Assembly: GCA_964016885.1 (NCBI GenBank)
Contig: OZ024747.1
Coordinates: 25,792,001 to 25,856,000, forward strand
Reading direction: 5' to 3'
Length of the DNA: 64,000 nucleotides
Source of the DNA: Eledone cirrhosa
Lineage: Eukaryota
Under the pieces are notes generated by a model. That model saw only the letters and a program-made list of their open reading frames with translations. It was not told where the DNA came from and did no database searches. Position 1 is the stretch's first letter. Every line of letters starts with the position of its first letter. Of the stretch, positions 13,800 to 29,575 are shown piece after piece. Both the position numbers and the translations under genes were made by a program.

Positions 13800-14227
13800 A
13801 GTGAACTTCTTAACTATTCGGGTACGCTACACCAACATCAATAAAAGAACTGCTAGTCATATGCTACCAATTATTTTTTTTATTCTTTTACTGGTTTCAG
13901 TCATTAGACTGCGGCCTCTGTACTTATTTTTACAAGTTTGTTATTATTTTATCGATTTGTATTTGTCGAACTGGTAAGTTACGAACATAAACATAGTCGG
14001 AAAAGCACACACACACACACGTAAACTTAGACAAAATCTCTCTCACTCTCTCTCTCTCTCTCACACACACACACGTATATATACGATCGTCTTCTGCAAT
14101 GTCCCTCTACCAAATTCTACTCACAAAGATTTAGTAGAAGACACTTGGTGTACAAGCTGCACTTCAGTAGTACTGGACCCCAAGCCACGTGGTTACGAAA
14201 CGAACTCCTTAACCACACAGTCATACT

Positions 14228-15490
<1,263 letters not shown>

Positions 15491-15881
15491 AAATGTTTCA
15501 GAAGATCCCGTTAAGGGTGAAAGCAGCGATTCTTTGCTTAAACTTTAATCTGTATATTTTAATAAATATTTGCTCTACGGTTCTTATATATTTGATATAT
15601 ATTTATCCTTGTTGAGTCCTCTTTGGATTTTAGTCTTCAAATTTATTATTATTAATATATATATATATAACGGCGATGAATTAATTTTGCGAGGTTTTTG
15701 ATATGAAATCGTGTGTCGAAACAAATATTGTTATACTTGGGGAGGGTAATATTTGTGTAATTGCCAGAATTAATAACAGAACACACTCACTGTTTGGTTG
15801 GTTTTCGCTTCTGTGTCTTTTTTATCGGTTAGTTTAATTTATTCGGCAATATTATTACACAAATATGACCCTCCCCAAGTA

Positions 15882-15935
<54 letters not shown>

Positions 15936-15939
<4 letters not shown>

Positions 15940-16156
15940 AAAAAGTATGACCCCGACGGCAGAGCTCAAGCCGTTTCGACGGCTATTTCTGGACTCGTGT
16001 CTGGACGGCTATTTCTCTCAGTCCAGAAATAGCCGTCGAAGCGGCTTGAGCTCTGCCGTCGGGGTCATATTTTTTCCTATTTCCCACTCTACTATCCTAA
16101 GTATTGAGTACTCTGGTGCGTTATGGTCCATTTGGTTCCTTACCACAATTCCTTTG

Positions 16157-16158
<2 letters not shown>
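15936..16158 (+). repeat. About 220-bp fold-back repeat family in (TA)n. Other copies: 32209-32359, 41056-41265, 59896-60098. Variants: 49374-49487, 62731-62792
   Basis: About 60-bp inverted arms (gaccccgacggcagagctcaagccgtttcgacggctatttctggact) plus a shared tail of about 85 bp (cccactctactaccctaagtattgagtactctggtgcgttatggtcca). Confidence 0.85.
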
Positions 16159-16229
<71 letters not shown>

Positions 16230-16542
16230 CTTCTTAAAAAACTCATAGCTCTAAGCTAATGTAATAAATCGATATTTACTTGAAATATTTTCTGAAAGTC
16301 TGTGTAGGTGTTTATGATTGATTGCCCAATCATGCGGTATATACTCGTAGTATATGTGTATAAAGTGTGCATATAAGTATGTGTGTGTATATATATGTAT
16401 ATAGAGAAAACACGCAGATACATACGTCTGTGTGTCTGCGCTCGAGTCTCTTCTCTTACTATATTGGGTACAACACAGACAGAAGGTGTAAACCTGTGCA
16501 AGACTGTAACGTATGTATGTATTAAATAAGTTACACACACAT

Positions 16543-16622
<80 letters not shown>

Positions 16623-16645
16623 GTGTATATGAAAGCATTTCTAAT

Positions 16646-17040
16646 ATGTTTATACATAATTGTTTCTACTTTAGGCACAAGGCCAGCAATTATCCAGTTC
16701 ATTACTGGTACTTTATTTTATCGACCCCGTAAGGATGAAAGGCAAAGTCAACCTCGGCGGGATTTGAACTCAGATCGTAAAGGGACGTAACTATGCTTTT
16801 TTATGTTTATACATAATTGTTTCTACTTTAGGCACACGGCCAGCAAATTACCCAGTTCATTACTGGTACTTTATTTTATCGACCACGTAAGGATGAAAGG
16901 CAAAGTCAACCTCGGCGGGATTTGAACTCAGATCGTAAAGGGACGTAACTATGCTTTTTTATGTTTATACATAATTGTTTCTACTTTAGGCACACGGCCA
17001 GCAAATTACCCAGTGCATCACTGGTACTTTATTTTATACA
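16646..17040. repeat. Tandem repeat (about 158-bp period, 2.5 copies) of a SINE A fragment
   Basis: atgtttatacataattgtttctactttaggcac at 16646, 16803 and 16961. Confidence 0.9.
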
Positions 17041-17660
17041 TAATATACATACATAAGTCTCTCTATGGACATTTTAAGCTGTGATCATGTCACAATACCT
17101 CATTAACCGAATGAGAATGTAAAATATACTGATAGCTTATATATAGATTTTAGCAAATTATACATTTATGGAAATGTTTGTTGGTATATAATGCGGACTT
17201 AACGGAGTGGTATGAATTGTTAGTAGCACTAATTCAGCATGATTTATAATAGAGGTGAATAATATGTAGGTATGTTTTGAAACAGCGAGCGAGTTTGAAA
17301 ATAGAAATAGAAGCTTTCGCCGTATTTTTTACTAAAGAAATGTTAGCCTGATAGTGGGGTTTAGAACCCTCTAAAAATAATGCTTTCTTTATTTTTTAAA
17401 ATGGTTTCTTATATAGGCACAAGGTCAGCAATTGGGTGGGGGGATGGGAAAATCGATTAAATCGACTCCAGTACGTGACTGGTACTTTATTTTATCGACC
17501 CCGTAAGGATGAAAGGCAAAGTTAACCTCATTGGGATTTGAACTCAAATCATAAAGGGCAGTAACTCTATGCTGCAAAGCATGGCGTCCGACCCTCTACC
17601 GATACTACCAATCCACCGCCCTCAACCCGCTAAAAATAATGTGAATGGAAAGGGTTGGGT

Positions 17661-17731
17661 GATGTGTTTGTATAATGGTAGCACAGTGGTCTGGTTAACC
17701 AAAGATGTGGGTTCGACTCCCACGTACGCCA
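17661..17731 (+). pseudogene. tRNA-like sequence (degenerate tRNA or SINE head; apparent anticodon GGT)
   Basis: D-arm-like gtataatggtagcac, stem tggt/acca with a 7-nt loop, perfect T-arm gtgggttcgactcccac. The acceptor stem is weak. Confidence 0.45.
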
Positions 17732-18108
17732 ATACTCACCTCTTTCCATTTCATATAGGGTTCTAAACCCCACTTTCAGGCTAAAATTTCTTTAGTAAAA
17801 CATACGGTGAAAGCTTCTATTTCTATTATTATGTAGAATATATATGTTTAATAAACACAAGCCTCACTATGGCTAATTTAAGTTGTGATTATATCACAGT
17901 TACCTCAGCAGTAACCGTATGAGAATATGAAATATTAGTATTTCAGGATCTCTGTGATGTTTACTCACTCGATAACAAAATTTAATATAGAAATAGCTTC
18001 TACAGGACTAGAACTGTTTCATTCGAAGGAAATCTCAGTTGTATATACTCTACTAATGTATTGAGTACCTTACTTACTGTGGTTACCCTCGATTGAACCC
18101 GGGACACG

Positions 18109-18193
<85 letters not shown>

Positions 18194-18411
18194 GTATATT
18201 TTCTATTAATATTTTTGATTTAACTGTTGAGGGTTTTCCGTCTAATTGTTCACTAATTGACACAATAAAGTGACACAATGAATTTGGGCATATTTGCCTC
18301 TCCTTCCCTCTTTATTGTGACATTCATCTCGATCTAGTATATATTTATGGTAGCAACAATATTTGGGGCCCTTTCAACATTCTGGAGCCAGTGACAAGGA
18401 GAATCACTTAC

Positions 18412-18606
18412 CAATTCCATTCGGATATGAAGTAATCTGGAACTTTCCACCGTTCTCTGGACGAAGACCCATAGCCTGCTCTACTCTCTTCTCGAACACT
18501 TTCGAGAAGTGACTTTCCCCTGGATAAAATTCCGTGTTATAGTTCCAGCGAGACTTCAACAAGGACTTTAACTTTGTTGAAAACGTCTTATTTACACACA
18601 TCGTTC
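18412..18606 (-). CDS. Exon 3 of the P4H-like gene
   Basis: Acceptor atttttcAG, donor G|GTAAGT, 195 bp, phase 1/1. Encodes GTMCVNKTF...FEKRVEQAMGLRPENGGKFQITSYPNGI, resembling the R-I...GL...Q..Y..G segment that precedes the HxD motif. Confidence 0.9.
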
Positions 18607-18654
18607 CTGAAAAATAGATGTTTTGTTAATGATTATAATCATATATATATTTGG

Positions 18655-18765
<111 letters not shown>

Positions 18766-19142
18766 TCAGGGGCAGAAGTAATGTTTGTTCAAATGTAAAC
18801 ATACATTCAAATGGGAACGATCATTTATTAACTTCTAGCTTGGAGGATTGTTGAGGGATGGGAATGTGTTGAACCTTCGCCAGTTACAGGAAGTGTCAGT
18901 GTGTCACTCTGTGTGACAAGACTGAACTTTTGAATTACAAGTACAACTCATTTTTGCCAGCTGAGTGGACTTGTGTAGCATGAAATAAAGTGTCTTGTTC
19001 AAGGAGAAAACGCATCGCCAGGATTCGAACTCATGACCTTACGATCATGAGCCGAACACTAACTATTAATCCACGCAGGTTCATTCACATACAAATGAAA
19101 ACATACACCCATACATACACGTTTAGACAATCAGAATATCTT

Positions 19143-19630
19143 TATAATAATAATGAAAATTATTGTGTACAGTGCTCAGGTGCACTACAACTCGTCAAAG
19201 GTGCATGTATAGTACATAGAATAATGTACAAATGTCAGGTAAGTGAACAGTGTATGAGTCATGATATATATGTGTGCGTGTGTATGGAGGGGAATATCAG
19301 GTGTAGTGTTGGTTAATTTCAGGAAGCATGGAGGTTTTAAAGGATGCAGTGTTCCCGACAGCTAACAACTGATGCAGGTAGTTTGTTCCATGCTTCAGCA
19401 ACTCAGAGCATGAAAAACTGTTTCCGAAAGTCATGGGAGCTGTGCTGTTTTCTGACTTCGTAGCCATGTCCACGGGTGTTAGACACATGGAATTCAAAAA
19501 AGTGCTCAGAATTGTTGTTGGCAAGATAGTTAATAATTGTGTGGGTGTTTACCAAGTCAGTTGCCAGACGTCGGAGCTTCAATGTATCCATGCCCAGGGA
19601 AGCAAGGCATTCAGAGTATGGTAGTCACGC
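19143..19630 (-). mobile_element. CR1/L2-group LINE 3' end with (ATT)n tail
   Basis: LGMDTLKLRRL..DL...TRGH...RKQFFMLRVAEAWNKLP, a typical CR1-group C-terminus. The same 3' tip recurs on + at 20717-20772. Confidence 0.8.
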
Positions 19631-20774
19631 AATTCTACTGAAATTATATAAATAAACATTCCAGTATGTTCAACTCAACACTAGTTTGTGAAGTCACATG
19701 GTTTAAGGTCGAGAGTATTCGGCTCACGATGGTAAGGTTGTGACTTCGACTTCGAGTTGCGTATTGTGTTCTTGAGTGAAACACATTATTTTACGTTACT
19801 CCAGCCAACTCAACTGGAAATATAATAACTTGTTCCTATAGTTCGAAGGGAGCATATCATACCATATTTATGGAAATGCTTGTTGCTCAATAAGGCGGGC
19901 TTGACGGTATGGTATGAATTGTTGGTAGCACTAACTCAGCATGATTTATAATAGAGGCTTATATAAAAATATGTAAAATATATGTTTAATAAACACATGT
20001 AAGCCTCACTGTAGCCTTTTAAGGTGTGATTATATCACAGTTACCTCAGCAACCGTATGAGAATACGAAATACTAGTATTTCAGGATCTTCTCATACATT
20101 GTGCTGCATTGAATCTCGCTGTGAACAACGCAAAGGTTGCCTGTACTATGGAATGCTCAGCCACTTGCACGTTCATTTCAGGAAAAGCCTATTCGATGAC
20201 TAGTGGAACTCTTATTGTCAGAACTAACGGAGGTCCAACGCAGTGGTGGTGGCTGAAGTGTTGGTGGTTGTGATAGTAGCGATGATGGTTGTGATAGTGG
20301 TGGTGCTTTTCGTAGTGGTGTTTGTTGTAGTAGTGGTGGTGGTTGCAGTAGTGGTTTTAATTGTGGTAGTAGTAGTGGTGTTTGTTGTAGCAGTGGTGAT
20401 GGGTGTAGTAGTAGCGTTGGTTGTAGTAGTGTTGGTGGTTGTAGTAGTGGTTTTAATTGTAGTGGTAGTGATGGTAGTCGTAGTGGTGATGGTTGTGGTA
20501 GTGGTGATAGTTGGGGTAGTGTTACAACCATCACCACTATCACACCTTCATAGCTACTACAACAAACACCACCACTACCATGATCACCACTACTGCTTCT
20601 ACAACTATCACCACTACCACAACCACCACAACCATCACCACCCCCACTACAACCACTACCATTGATACACCCCCAACATCACACCAACAACCACCACTAC
20701 TACCAATACCAACATGAGTTGTAGTGCACCTGAGCACTGTACACAATAATTTTCATCATTATTATTATTATTAA

Positions 20775-20990
20775 GGGTTTGGCAGTATCGGTAGAGGGTC
20801 GGACGCCATGCTTTGACGCATAGAGTTACGGCCCTTGCCATTCTGAGTTCAAATCCCGCCGAGGATAACTTTGCCTTTCATCCTTACGGGGTCGATAAAA
20901 TAAAGTACCAGTCACACACTGGGGTCGATTTAATCGACCCCCCCCCCTCTCCAAAATTGCTGGCTTGTGTCTAAATCAGAAACCATTATT
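20775..20990 (+). mobile_element. SINE family A, representative copy. Others at about 9625-9820 -, 11490-11700 -, 11745-11850 -, 16660-17035 -, 17400-17620 -, 22300-22430 -, 22600-22800 +, 22810-22995 +, 25750-25860 -, 27870-28000 -, 55560-55632 -, 60098-60272 +, 60915-61097 +
   Basis: B-box gagttcaaatcc, conserved core ctttgcctttcatccttacggggtcgataaaataaagtaccag, 3' ggccttgtgcc..agaaac with an (ATT)n tail. More than a dozen copies. Confidence 0.85.
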
Positions 20991-22431
20991 ATAAACGTTA
21001 CTGTCGACACATTCCCACTTGCAACTACCACGTGATCGCCATCCCCATCGCCACCAACACCAGAAACGGCAGAACACCATCGCTAATTAACTCGTAAGTT
21101 AATTTACATAAAACTATTCTTAAAATTTAATGTTGAACACATTTCGTTGTTGTTGTTGTTGTTGTTGCTGATCATGGTGTTGATAATGATGATGGTGATA
21201 ATGATGATATCGTTGATGATAGTAGTAGTGATGAGAATGATGATGATGATAATGATGTTCATGATGATGGTGATGATGTCGATGATGATGATGATGTTCA
21301 TGATGATGATGATGATGATGATATTATATTTGTTATAACAGCATCACTAACAGCAGCAACAGTGTTGAAGCAATATCATCATCATTATCACCAGCAGCAG
21401 CAGACATTAAAATATCAATATTTTTCAATTAGATGTCTCATTGTTTGTCTTCCATTTTGATCCCGCCATTTCAAGTATTTTTTCTTTGTTTTTCTCTCCA
21501 TCGCCATTTTGTTTTAACGACACAATCTGAAGTGTTTTAGAATTGTTAATATTATTTGAAGTTAGTAAATATTTCACGACTCTCAAATTACGTAAATCAT
21601 GATAGCTGAATGGATTAAAATGGATTAAGATGGATTAGAAAAATACATTAAAGAAAAACAAAACAAAATTTTATTCATTAAAGTATCCCTGTTTTTTTTT
21701 TTTTTTTTCAAAGTAAGTTTTGCTTTTATGCAAGGCTCCTACTACAACGCATAAATTTAAATATAAAATATTTGAAAATATATCGTGGTTATAGTCACCA
21801 CTATCACACCTTCATAGCTACTACAACAAACACCACTAACACAACCCCCACCACTGCATTTACAACTATCATTATCACAACCACAAACACCACTATCATA
21901 AAAAACCACTGCAACCACTACCACTGACACCCGCCCCCCAACACCACGCCAACGTATTCTTGTTTTTTCGAAGTAAGTTTTGCTTTTATGCAAAGCTATC
22001 ACAACGCATAAATCTAAATATAAAATATTTGAAAATATATCATGGATATATTTGAGGCGGAAAAATGTGAACAGGATCCCAGGATCCCAGGCAATTCTGT
22101 CCATTTTTCAACTGTTTCATAATTCAAAGAAAGTGGTTGACTTAGGAAGTATTAGAAAAATATGAAATTCGAAATGAGTACATCGCAATGCTATATAGAT
22201 CATCATCATCACCACCACCACCACCACCACCACCACCGTTTTACGCCCATGCATGGGTTAGACGGTGAACTGTAATAACATGGTAGGATAGGGGGCCCCT
22301 AATTCTGATTTAGGCACAAGACCAACAACTTTAGGGGAAGGGAAAGTCTATTAAATCGACCCCAGTGCATTACCAGTGCTTTATTTCATCGACCCCGAAA
22401 GGATGAAAGGCAAAGCTAACCTCAGCGGGTT

Positions 22432-22587
22432 ATAGTCGATCACTATAAATAAAAGGTTTTAAAAATCAAGTAAAGAACTCTCCTGGGGAGGGAGAAAAGG
22501 GGTCAGAAGCACCAGCGCTAACTTTTTTCTATCTCCATGGGTCCTTAAGCCGATTTATCTCAGTTATTATTTATAGTGATCGGCTAT
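22432..22587. mobile_element. Small MITE-like element with 21-bp TIRs
   Basis: atagtcgatcactataaataa / ttatttatagtgatcggctat. Confidence 0.6.
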
Positions 22588-23245
22588 TATTAGCGTCAGA
22601 CGTCATCCTTTGCAGCATAGAATTATGGCCCTTTACTTTCTGAGTTCAAATCCCGTCGAGGTTAGCTTTGCCTTTCATCCTTACAGGGTCGATAAAATAA
22701 AGCACCAGTAACATACTGGGGTCGATTTAATCGACTTTCCTCTCCCCCAAAATTACTGGCCTTGTGCCTATACTAGAAATTATCATTATTATTATTAAGG
22801 GGCAGTCGATTGGCAGTATCGGTAGAGGGTCGGGCGCCATGCTTTGACGCACAGAGTTATGGCCCTTTACTTTCTGAATTCAAATCTCGCCGAGGTTAAT
22901 TTTGCCTTTCATCCTTACGGGGTCGATAAAATAAAGTATCAGTAATGCACTGAGATAATTGATGGCCTTGTGCCAAAACTAGAAACAATTATTACGGTAA
23001 TTATTTAAAAAATGTTGTAGTAAAATCTATCCGTTGTGTTAACCGTACATAAAGGTAAAACATACTTTGAAATTCCAGTCTTATTACTCGTATTGTATAA
23101 CGTTTCATACTTGTTTTGTTTTTCTGTTTACAATTAATTATCTCTTCTGTTGTTTTTTTCTCCTCTGATAAAGGATGTGGGATTTATTTCCCCCAACACA
23201 TTAATTAAAGACTATTGTCCATCCACTTCCATTTACTCAGCCATG

Positions 23246-23309
<64 letters not shown>

Positions 23310-24949
23310 TTATCTATCTATCTGTCTGTCCCTCTGTCTGTCCCCCTGTCTCTCTGTCTGTCTGTCGCTCTATCTTTCTGTCTGCCTGTGTATCTAACTA
23401 ATCAACGAACAGATAAATCTCAATTTATATATATTGCTATATATGTTTTATTTAAATACTAACGTGTTTATCAAGTGGCTGGTTATAAATGGTATTGGTA
23501 ATTGAAATGAAAAAAAAATTATTATTGAAATCTATGTGGGTTTAGCTAGCCTCCTACTCAGTTATATCTCATAAGGAGGTTTCTTGGGTGTTTTTATAAC
23601 AGGGTCCTCCTGTCCTATCATATTCTTATTACAGCAGGTTTAGGTTATATCTTATTAGAGATTTATTGGGTGTTTTAATTGTAAGGCTTCTCTTATCCTA
23701 TCATAAAAAACAACGCGAAAAAAATGTTTTGCTTAAGAACATAACACGTCACCCTGAACAGGAATTGAACTTATGAATCCAACATCCTAACCACTAGGCC
23801 ACAAACCTTCACAAAAATACGGAATGGTTCAGGATTTTGCTAATATTCTTTGTATGGTTCCAATTTTAGAATATGTACTGCTGAAGCAAGTTTGGGATTG
23901 CCGAAACTGCCGTAGCTGTTTGTGTTCGAGATCCTACAGTTGATTCCATTCTTACCTCTTCTCCAATATTAAGCCTCTCTACTCCTTTGTTCGTTTTTAC
24001 CGTGTAAATCAGCATATGATAGATACTCCGACACGTTTGACAATGAACATTCAGTTGTTCGATACAGCTCGTGAATTAATGTATAAATGGTTGAGGATTC
24101 CACAGGCATGTGTACCTTTAAACTAATTCCTAGGCATAATGAGAACATAAAAGAAACGGAATTAGAAATTATTTGGCATCTTATACCATTCACTACCGAT
24201 TCTTACTGTAGAATGAATCTTGGAGATTCCTTTACACATATTAGTTTACTTAGTTGTAAACCAAATAGTGTGTTTCTGTGTAATAAACGCCGAAGTTTCT
24301 CGGAAGAACGATGGTGTTAAGTGAAGTGAGATGATGGCTAACGAGATAAAAAACGATTTAACCAACACTTACGATGTTGTAAACGAGATTCATTTGAAAG
24401 TAAGACAATATCTATTTCAAATGATATACATATATACAAATATATACTAATGATATACATATCCTAGAAGGGCTAGCACCAGATTTTAACATTGAGGGCT
24501 ACACCGACACCTAAACAGGACGCTACGTACTGTAAATTTTGAGTAAGGACCAAATATTGCAATAGTTTGGAGTTCAGGGGCCGCAGTGTGTTGCCAAAGA
24601 AGTAGTCGAGAGATCTACATAGGCTAGACGGAGATGTTGTCAAGAAGCATTCTAATATCTAAGATTCCAAATGAACCTGCAGCACATGGGTCTGTCTGAG
24701 AATTACTTTAAAGGTACACGTACCTATGAAGTCCTTAGCCACATGCACGTTAATTCACGAGCTGGACGTTCAGTTGATTGAACAACTGAATGCTCATCGT
24801 CAAAACTTATGCTGGCTTGCAAGGTAAAAACGAACAAAGGGTAGCGCTATCAGATCTCCTCATTCATCAATGGTCAATCAAAGAAAGATCGTTATAGAAT
24901 GTGTGGCAACAATGGCGATGCCTATAGGCTGGAACAAAGGGTGACATAC

Positions 24950-25140
24950 CTTCAGAAAAATCCAACGGAGATACATCAACGTGGTCCTTTCCAGCACGTT
25001 TTAAGTGTTCTCGAAGTGTTCGGACTCCATCGAAACATAAAATCGGATCCTTCTTAGAATTCAGTTGAACGTATTTGTCATGGGCTCGCCTCAGACCATC
25101 ACACTCAGCATCCGAAAGAAATTCTTCAAACATATACACG
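24950..25140 (-). CDS. Exon 2 of the P4H-like gene
   Basis: Acceptor tttttttccAG, donor G|GTATGT, 191 bp. AA+C gives Asn, then VYMFEEFLSDAECDGLRRAH...DFSE, which matches the FLS-x-EC start of P4H catalytic domains. Confidence 0.9.
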
Positions 25141-25199
25141 CTGGAAAAAAAAAGAAGTAAGTCTCAAAACTCTTCTATCGCAGGCAGTTCTGCGTTTGA

Positions 25200-25550
25200 A
25201 TGTTTACTTATTTTTCGGATTTGCTAGCGATGGATGGTCATTCTTTTGTGTAATGACACACCCGTCTGTCCTATATAGTTATGTCGACAGCCACTGCATG
25301 TAATTACGTAGATCAGGTTCTCCGAGCTGCAAGTGAAGTTGTTTTTCACTGTGAAAGTTTGGCCATCTTTAAACGTGAATTTTTGTCCTTCAATTAAGTA
25401 TAGATATGTTCCACAGTTTGTTCTTCCGCATTTTGTTACCATAAGGCTGGAGATTGGTTTGTGTATCTTTGTTCCAGTGAGAATGTGTTTTAGTGATTTT
25501 GGTTGCCTTTTGCTTTTAATGATCTTAGAATTGTCTCTCTCATTTTTTCA
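25200..25550 (-). mobile_element. Penelope-like GIY-YIG endonuclease fragment in intron 1
   Basis: KCGRTNCGT...NFTCSSENLIYVITCSGCRHNYIGQTGVSLHKRMTIHR matches the PLE linker Cys motif plus LIY/YIG. Confidence 0.85.
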
Positions 25551-25979
25551 ATAATGTCACTTTGACGAATCAAAGAAAAGAAAAAAAAAGAAGAAAAACA
25601 GACCCTAAACTACATTTTCCGTGCTATTTCCAACTTCACTTTTACTCTATATCCACTGTTTTGTGTAGAACCTTACTTCCCTTTTCTAATATATATATAT
25701 GTGTGTGTGTGTTTGTGTAAGTAAAAAGGAAAATATCTGAGATTATTAGAATAATTGTTTCTACTTTTAGGCACAAGGCCAGCAATTACTCAGTGCATTA
25801 CTGGTACTTTATTTTATCGACCCCGTAAGGATGAAAGGCAAAGTCAACCTCGGCGGGATTATTAGAATAATGATATGTTAGTATAATGCTTAGGAGAAGT
25901 TAGAAAAAAGTCATAACCTTTCGGGTGCCAGTCCTTTATCAGAAAATAGACATAGATAGAAGCAAGGATGTTTGGGAAA

Positions 25980-26041
<62 letters not shown>

Positions 26042-26556
26042 TTACATATACGAGCAGGTTCCTTTAAAATTGAAACAGCATTAACTCCGTAAACTACTCA
26101 CCTAATAAAGTATATAACATATTTTACTTTCTTAAAATCAAAATAATTGCTGATTTATGAAAGAAGAAATATGTAAATACACATTCACACAACAACCACA
26201 CACAATACACACATGCATACATGCATACATGCATACACACACATACACATATATACATGCATACACATACGCACATACGCACACACAAACACATATATAC
26301 ATACATACACACATATATAAGTTTTGTGCAAACATTCAATTTCAAAATGCTCATTATTCATTGTTTATATAAATCAATTTTGTTTTCAATAAAATATATT
26401 TCAAATATAATAGTGGTAATATGAACAATTAATTGTTTTTAAATGTAATGCTGGTTATTATTTTAACAGTAAAGTTAAACTGGATCTCTTGATACACATT
26501 CATTCGTCAAAGATTCGAAAAGCGAGTTGTTTTCAATCGTATTTATTTAAAACAGT

Positions 26557-26915
26557 TACTCTTTTACTCTTTTACTCTTTTACCTTCTCCAGCCATCCGG
26601 GGAGGCCATGCTGGGGCATCACCTTTGTTGCTAGAGGTTCTATCTCCAGCCTGTGTTGGCTGGTCATTGGTGTAAGAGGGAGTTCGATGCTGCTGCCATT
26701 AGGTTACCTTCGTACCGTGCTGTGGAATCATTGGAGATCCTGGATAGCACAGTGTCAAGATGTTTCTTGAAAACATCCACGTCTACACCATGCAGATCTT
26801 TCAAATTTCTTGGCAGCTTGTTGAAGAGTTGAGGGCCTTTGAACCCCAGGTTATTGCAATATCTGTTCCTTATTCTAGATGTGAACGACGGGACCTTTGG
26901 CACCACACGTCCACT
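26557..26915 (-). mobile_element. CR1-group LINE 3' end with (GTAAAAGA)n tail
   Basis: GPQLFNKLPRNLKDL...VFKKHLDTVLSRI...AAASNSLLHQ*, followed by an 8-bp tandem tail. Confidence 0.75.
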
Positions 26916-27439
26916 TGCTTGATTGGTCGGTCATCTCACCTAAATACTCCTTGTAATGGAGAGAAGAGAAAATGACTCCGATACGAGTAATTTCTTTAAG
27001 TTATATTGTTTCTTTACAAGGAGAATCTGTATGGATCAACCGACTAATATTGACGCTTTAAAAAAATTATTCAACTCCCAACTTCATCTTTCATCACATC
27101 TCGCTAGATCAATGGATGGTGGACTTGTTAAAATTTTGTAGTGATGACTGAAAATCTTAAGCAAGATTTCGCGCTTAACTTGGAGACACAGAAGATGACA
27201 CCAGAGTTGCAACGAAAAATAAAATAGTTGATATAACGATATTGTCCTTTCTTTACATGCAAGACATATTCCAATCATGTATTTCACGTAACAACAAAGT
27301 TTAGCGTTAAAATCCAACATATTTTTGATGTAGCTCTTTAGTATTAAGCAATCTGGTTTAATTTCAAGTATATAATATTTTCCATATTGTATTATAAATT
27401 GTACTCATTTTTCTGTATATCTACATTTCTTTGTAAATA

Positions 27440-27609
27440 CAGTGAAATTTCGTTATAACGAAATTCACGGGGTATAGAAAAAAATGCGTTGTAATGAAAA
27501 ATTCTTTATAAATCGACCTAAAATATCGAGCGTGTGGCCGGGGATTGAAAAAAATTTGTTATACTGAAAAATTAGTTATAATGGAATTCATTATAATGAA
27601 TTTTACCTG
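27440..27609. mobile_element. pogo/Tigger-like MITE
   Basis: TA|cagtgaaatttcgttataacgaa ... ttcattataatgaattttacctg|TA, imperfect TIRs. Confidence 0.7.
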
Positions 27610-28902
27610 TATATATATTTACGGTTGAAGAAATTAGATTTTACGTATACGATTGTTGTATTAACATTTATGTCGCTGGATGTATTAATTATTATTTTGG
27701 TACTATTATTTTACAAGTCAACTACGCATGGGACCATATATTCATCAGATTAAGTTATAGGGGCGCTGTTTTAGGCATTTTAGCATAGTGTGGCCACACA
27801 GCCCAGAGAGAGAGAGAAGGGATGTGAGAAAGAGATACAGAAGAAGAATCAATCCTATCACTACACTGTTATTTTATTTATCGACCCCGAAAGGACGAAA
27901 AGCATAGGTGACCTCGGTGTGATTTGAACTTAGAACACATAGAGCCGGAGTGAATATCGTATTTTATCCGACGGTTTAACGACTCTGCCAATTCCCCACC
28001 ATTACCACTCAAGTACTGTGTTTATCGTAGAAAGCATTATTGTTGTTAGATTTGGCTGTTTATTGTTAGTTGTGTGACTTCTGTGTGTGTGTTGTCATGT
28101 TTATGGTTGTGGCGTGTATAGTGTTATTGTTAGACCTCCGTCGGTTTTCACGATGAGTGTTTCAGTTATTCGAACAATGGAATAGCCCGCCTGTGAAATT
28201 AACGTGCAAGTGCCTGAGTATTCCATAAACTCGTATACCTTTAACCTAATCCCCAGGGAGATGCATCGAAACACAATGTGACAAGGCTGGCCCTATGAAG
28301 CACAGGTTACATTTCATTTTTGCCAGCTGAATGAGCTGGAGCAGCGTGAAATAAAATGGCTTACTCAAGGATATAACGCACTAACGGGAATCGAACTCAC
28401 GACTATACGATCATGAGTCCAACACCCTATCCACTAAGATACGCTTTCATGGCATGATATACAGTTAAATTTGGGTTCCACGAACATTCAAATTCTACAT
28501 TATAAAATTACTTCTAAAGAGCTTTCTCAAAACGTTGAACTCTACACAACTTATGTTGTTGAAATATTTAGCACAAATTAAAAGCTTGTTACTAGAAACT
28601 ACTGAAAGCACTCAGATAGCTACAATACTAATGAGAATCATTTTAAAACAAGACTTTAATCTTAAAACAAGACTACCTACAAACAAGAGAAAACGTTTTA
28701 CTTTAATGATGGCCACCGGAGAGATCGAAAGTTCAGTTATAAGTTCAGTTATATATATGGATAATATGTTACAAATTAAAGACAAATAAAACCATTGTTC
28801 AATTTAGTTCACCATGCTTTAAAGAACGTAGAGTGTAGAGTTTACATATATTAAATAATATATATATATATATGTGTATATATATATATGTATATATATA
28901 TG

Positions 28903-28983
<81 letters not shown>

Positions 28984-29082
28984 ATATATATATATGTGTG
29001 TGTGTATATATATATATGTGTGTGTGTATATATATATATGTATATATATGTGTGTATATATATGTGTGTATATATGTATATA

Positions 29083-29139
<57 letters not shown>

Positions 29140-29232
29140 ATATATATATATGTATATATATGTGTGTATATATATGTGTGTATATATATGTGTGTATATA
29201 TGTATATATATATGTGTGTATATATGTATATA

Positions 29233-29293
<61 letters not shown>

Positions 29294-29346
29294 CTGAATG
29301 TGTTTATGTGTGCATAAAGTTATGTATGTATACACATACACACATA

Positions 29347-29421
<75 letters not shown>

Positions 29422-29482
29422 CTGAATGTGTTTATGTGTGCATAAATTTATGTATGTATACACATACACACATATATATGTG

Positions 29483-29575
<93 letters not shown>

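Noticed and set aside
17661-17731. Functional tRNA-Thr(GGT) gene
   Set aside because: The acceptor stem has a mismatch and several G.U pairs, the anticodon is atypical for eukaryotes, and it lies within a repeat insertion; kept only as tRNA-like.
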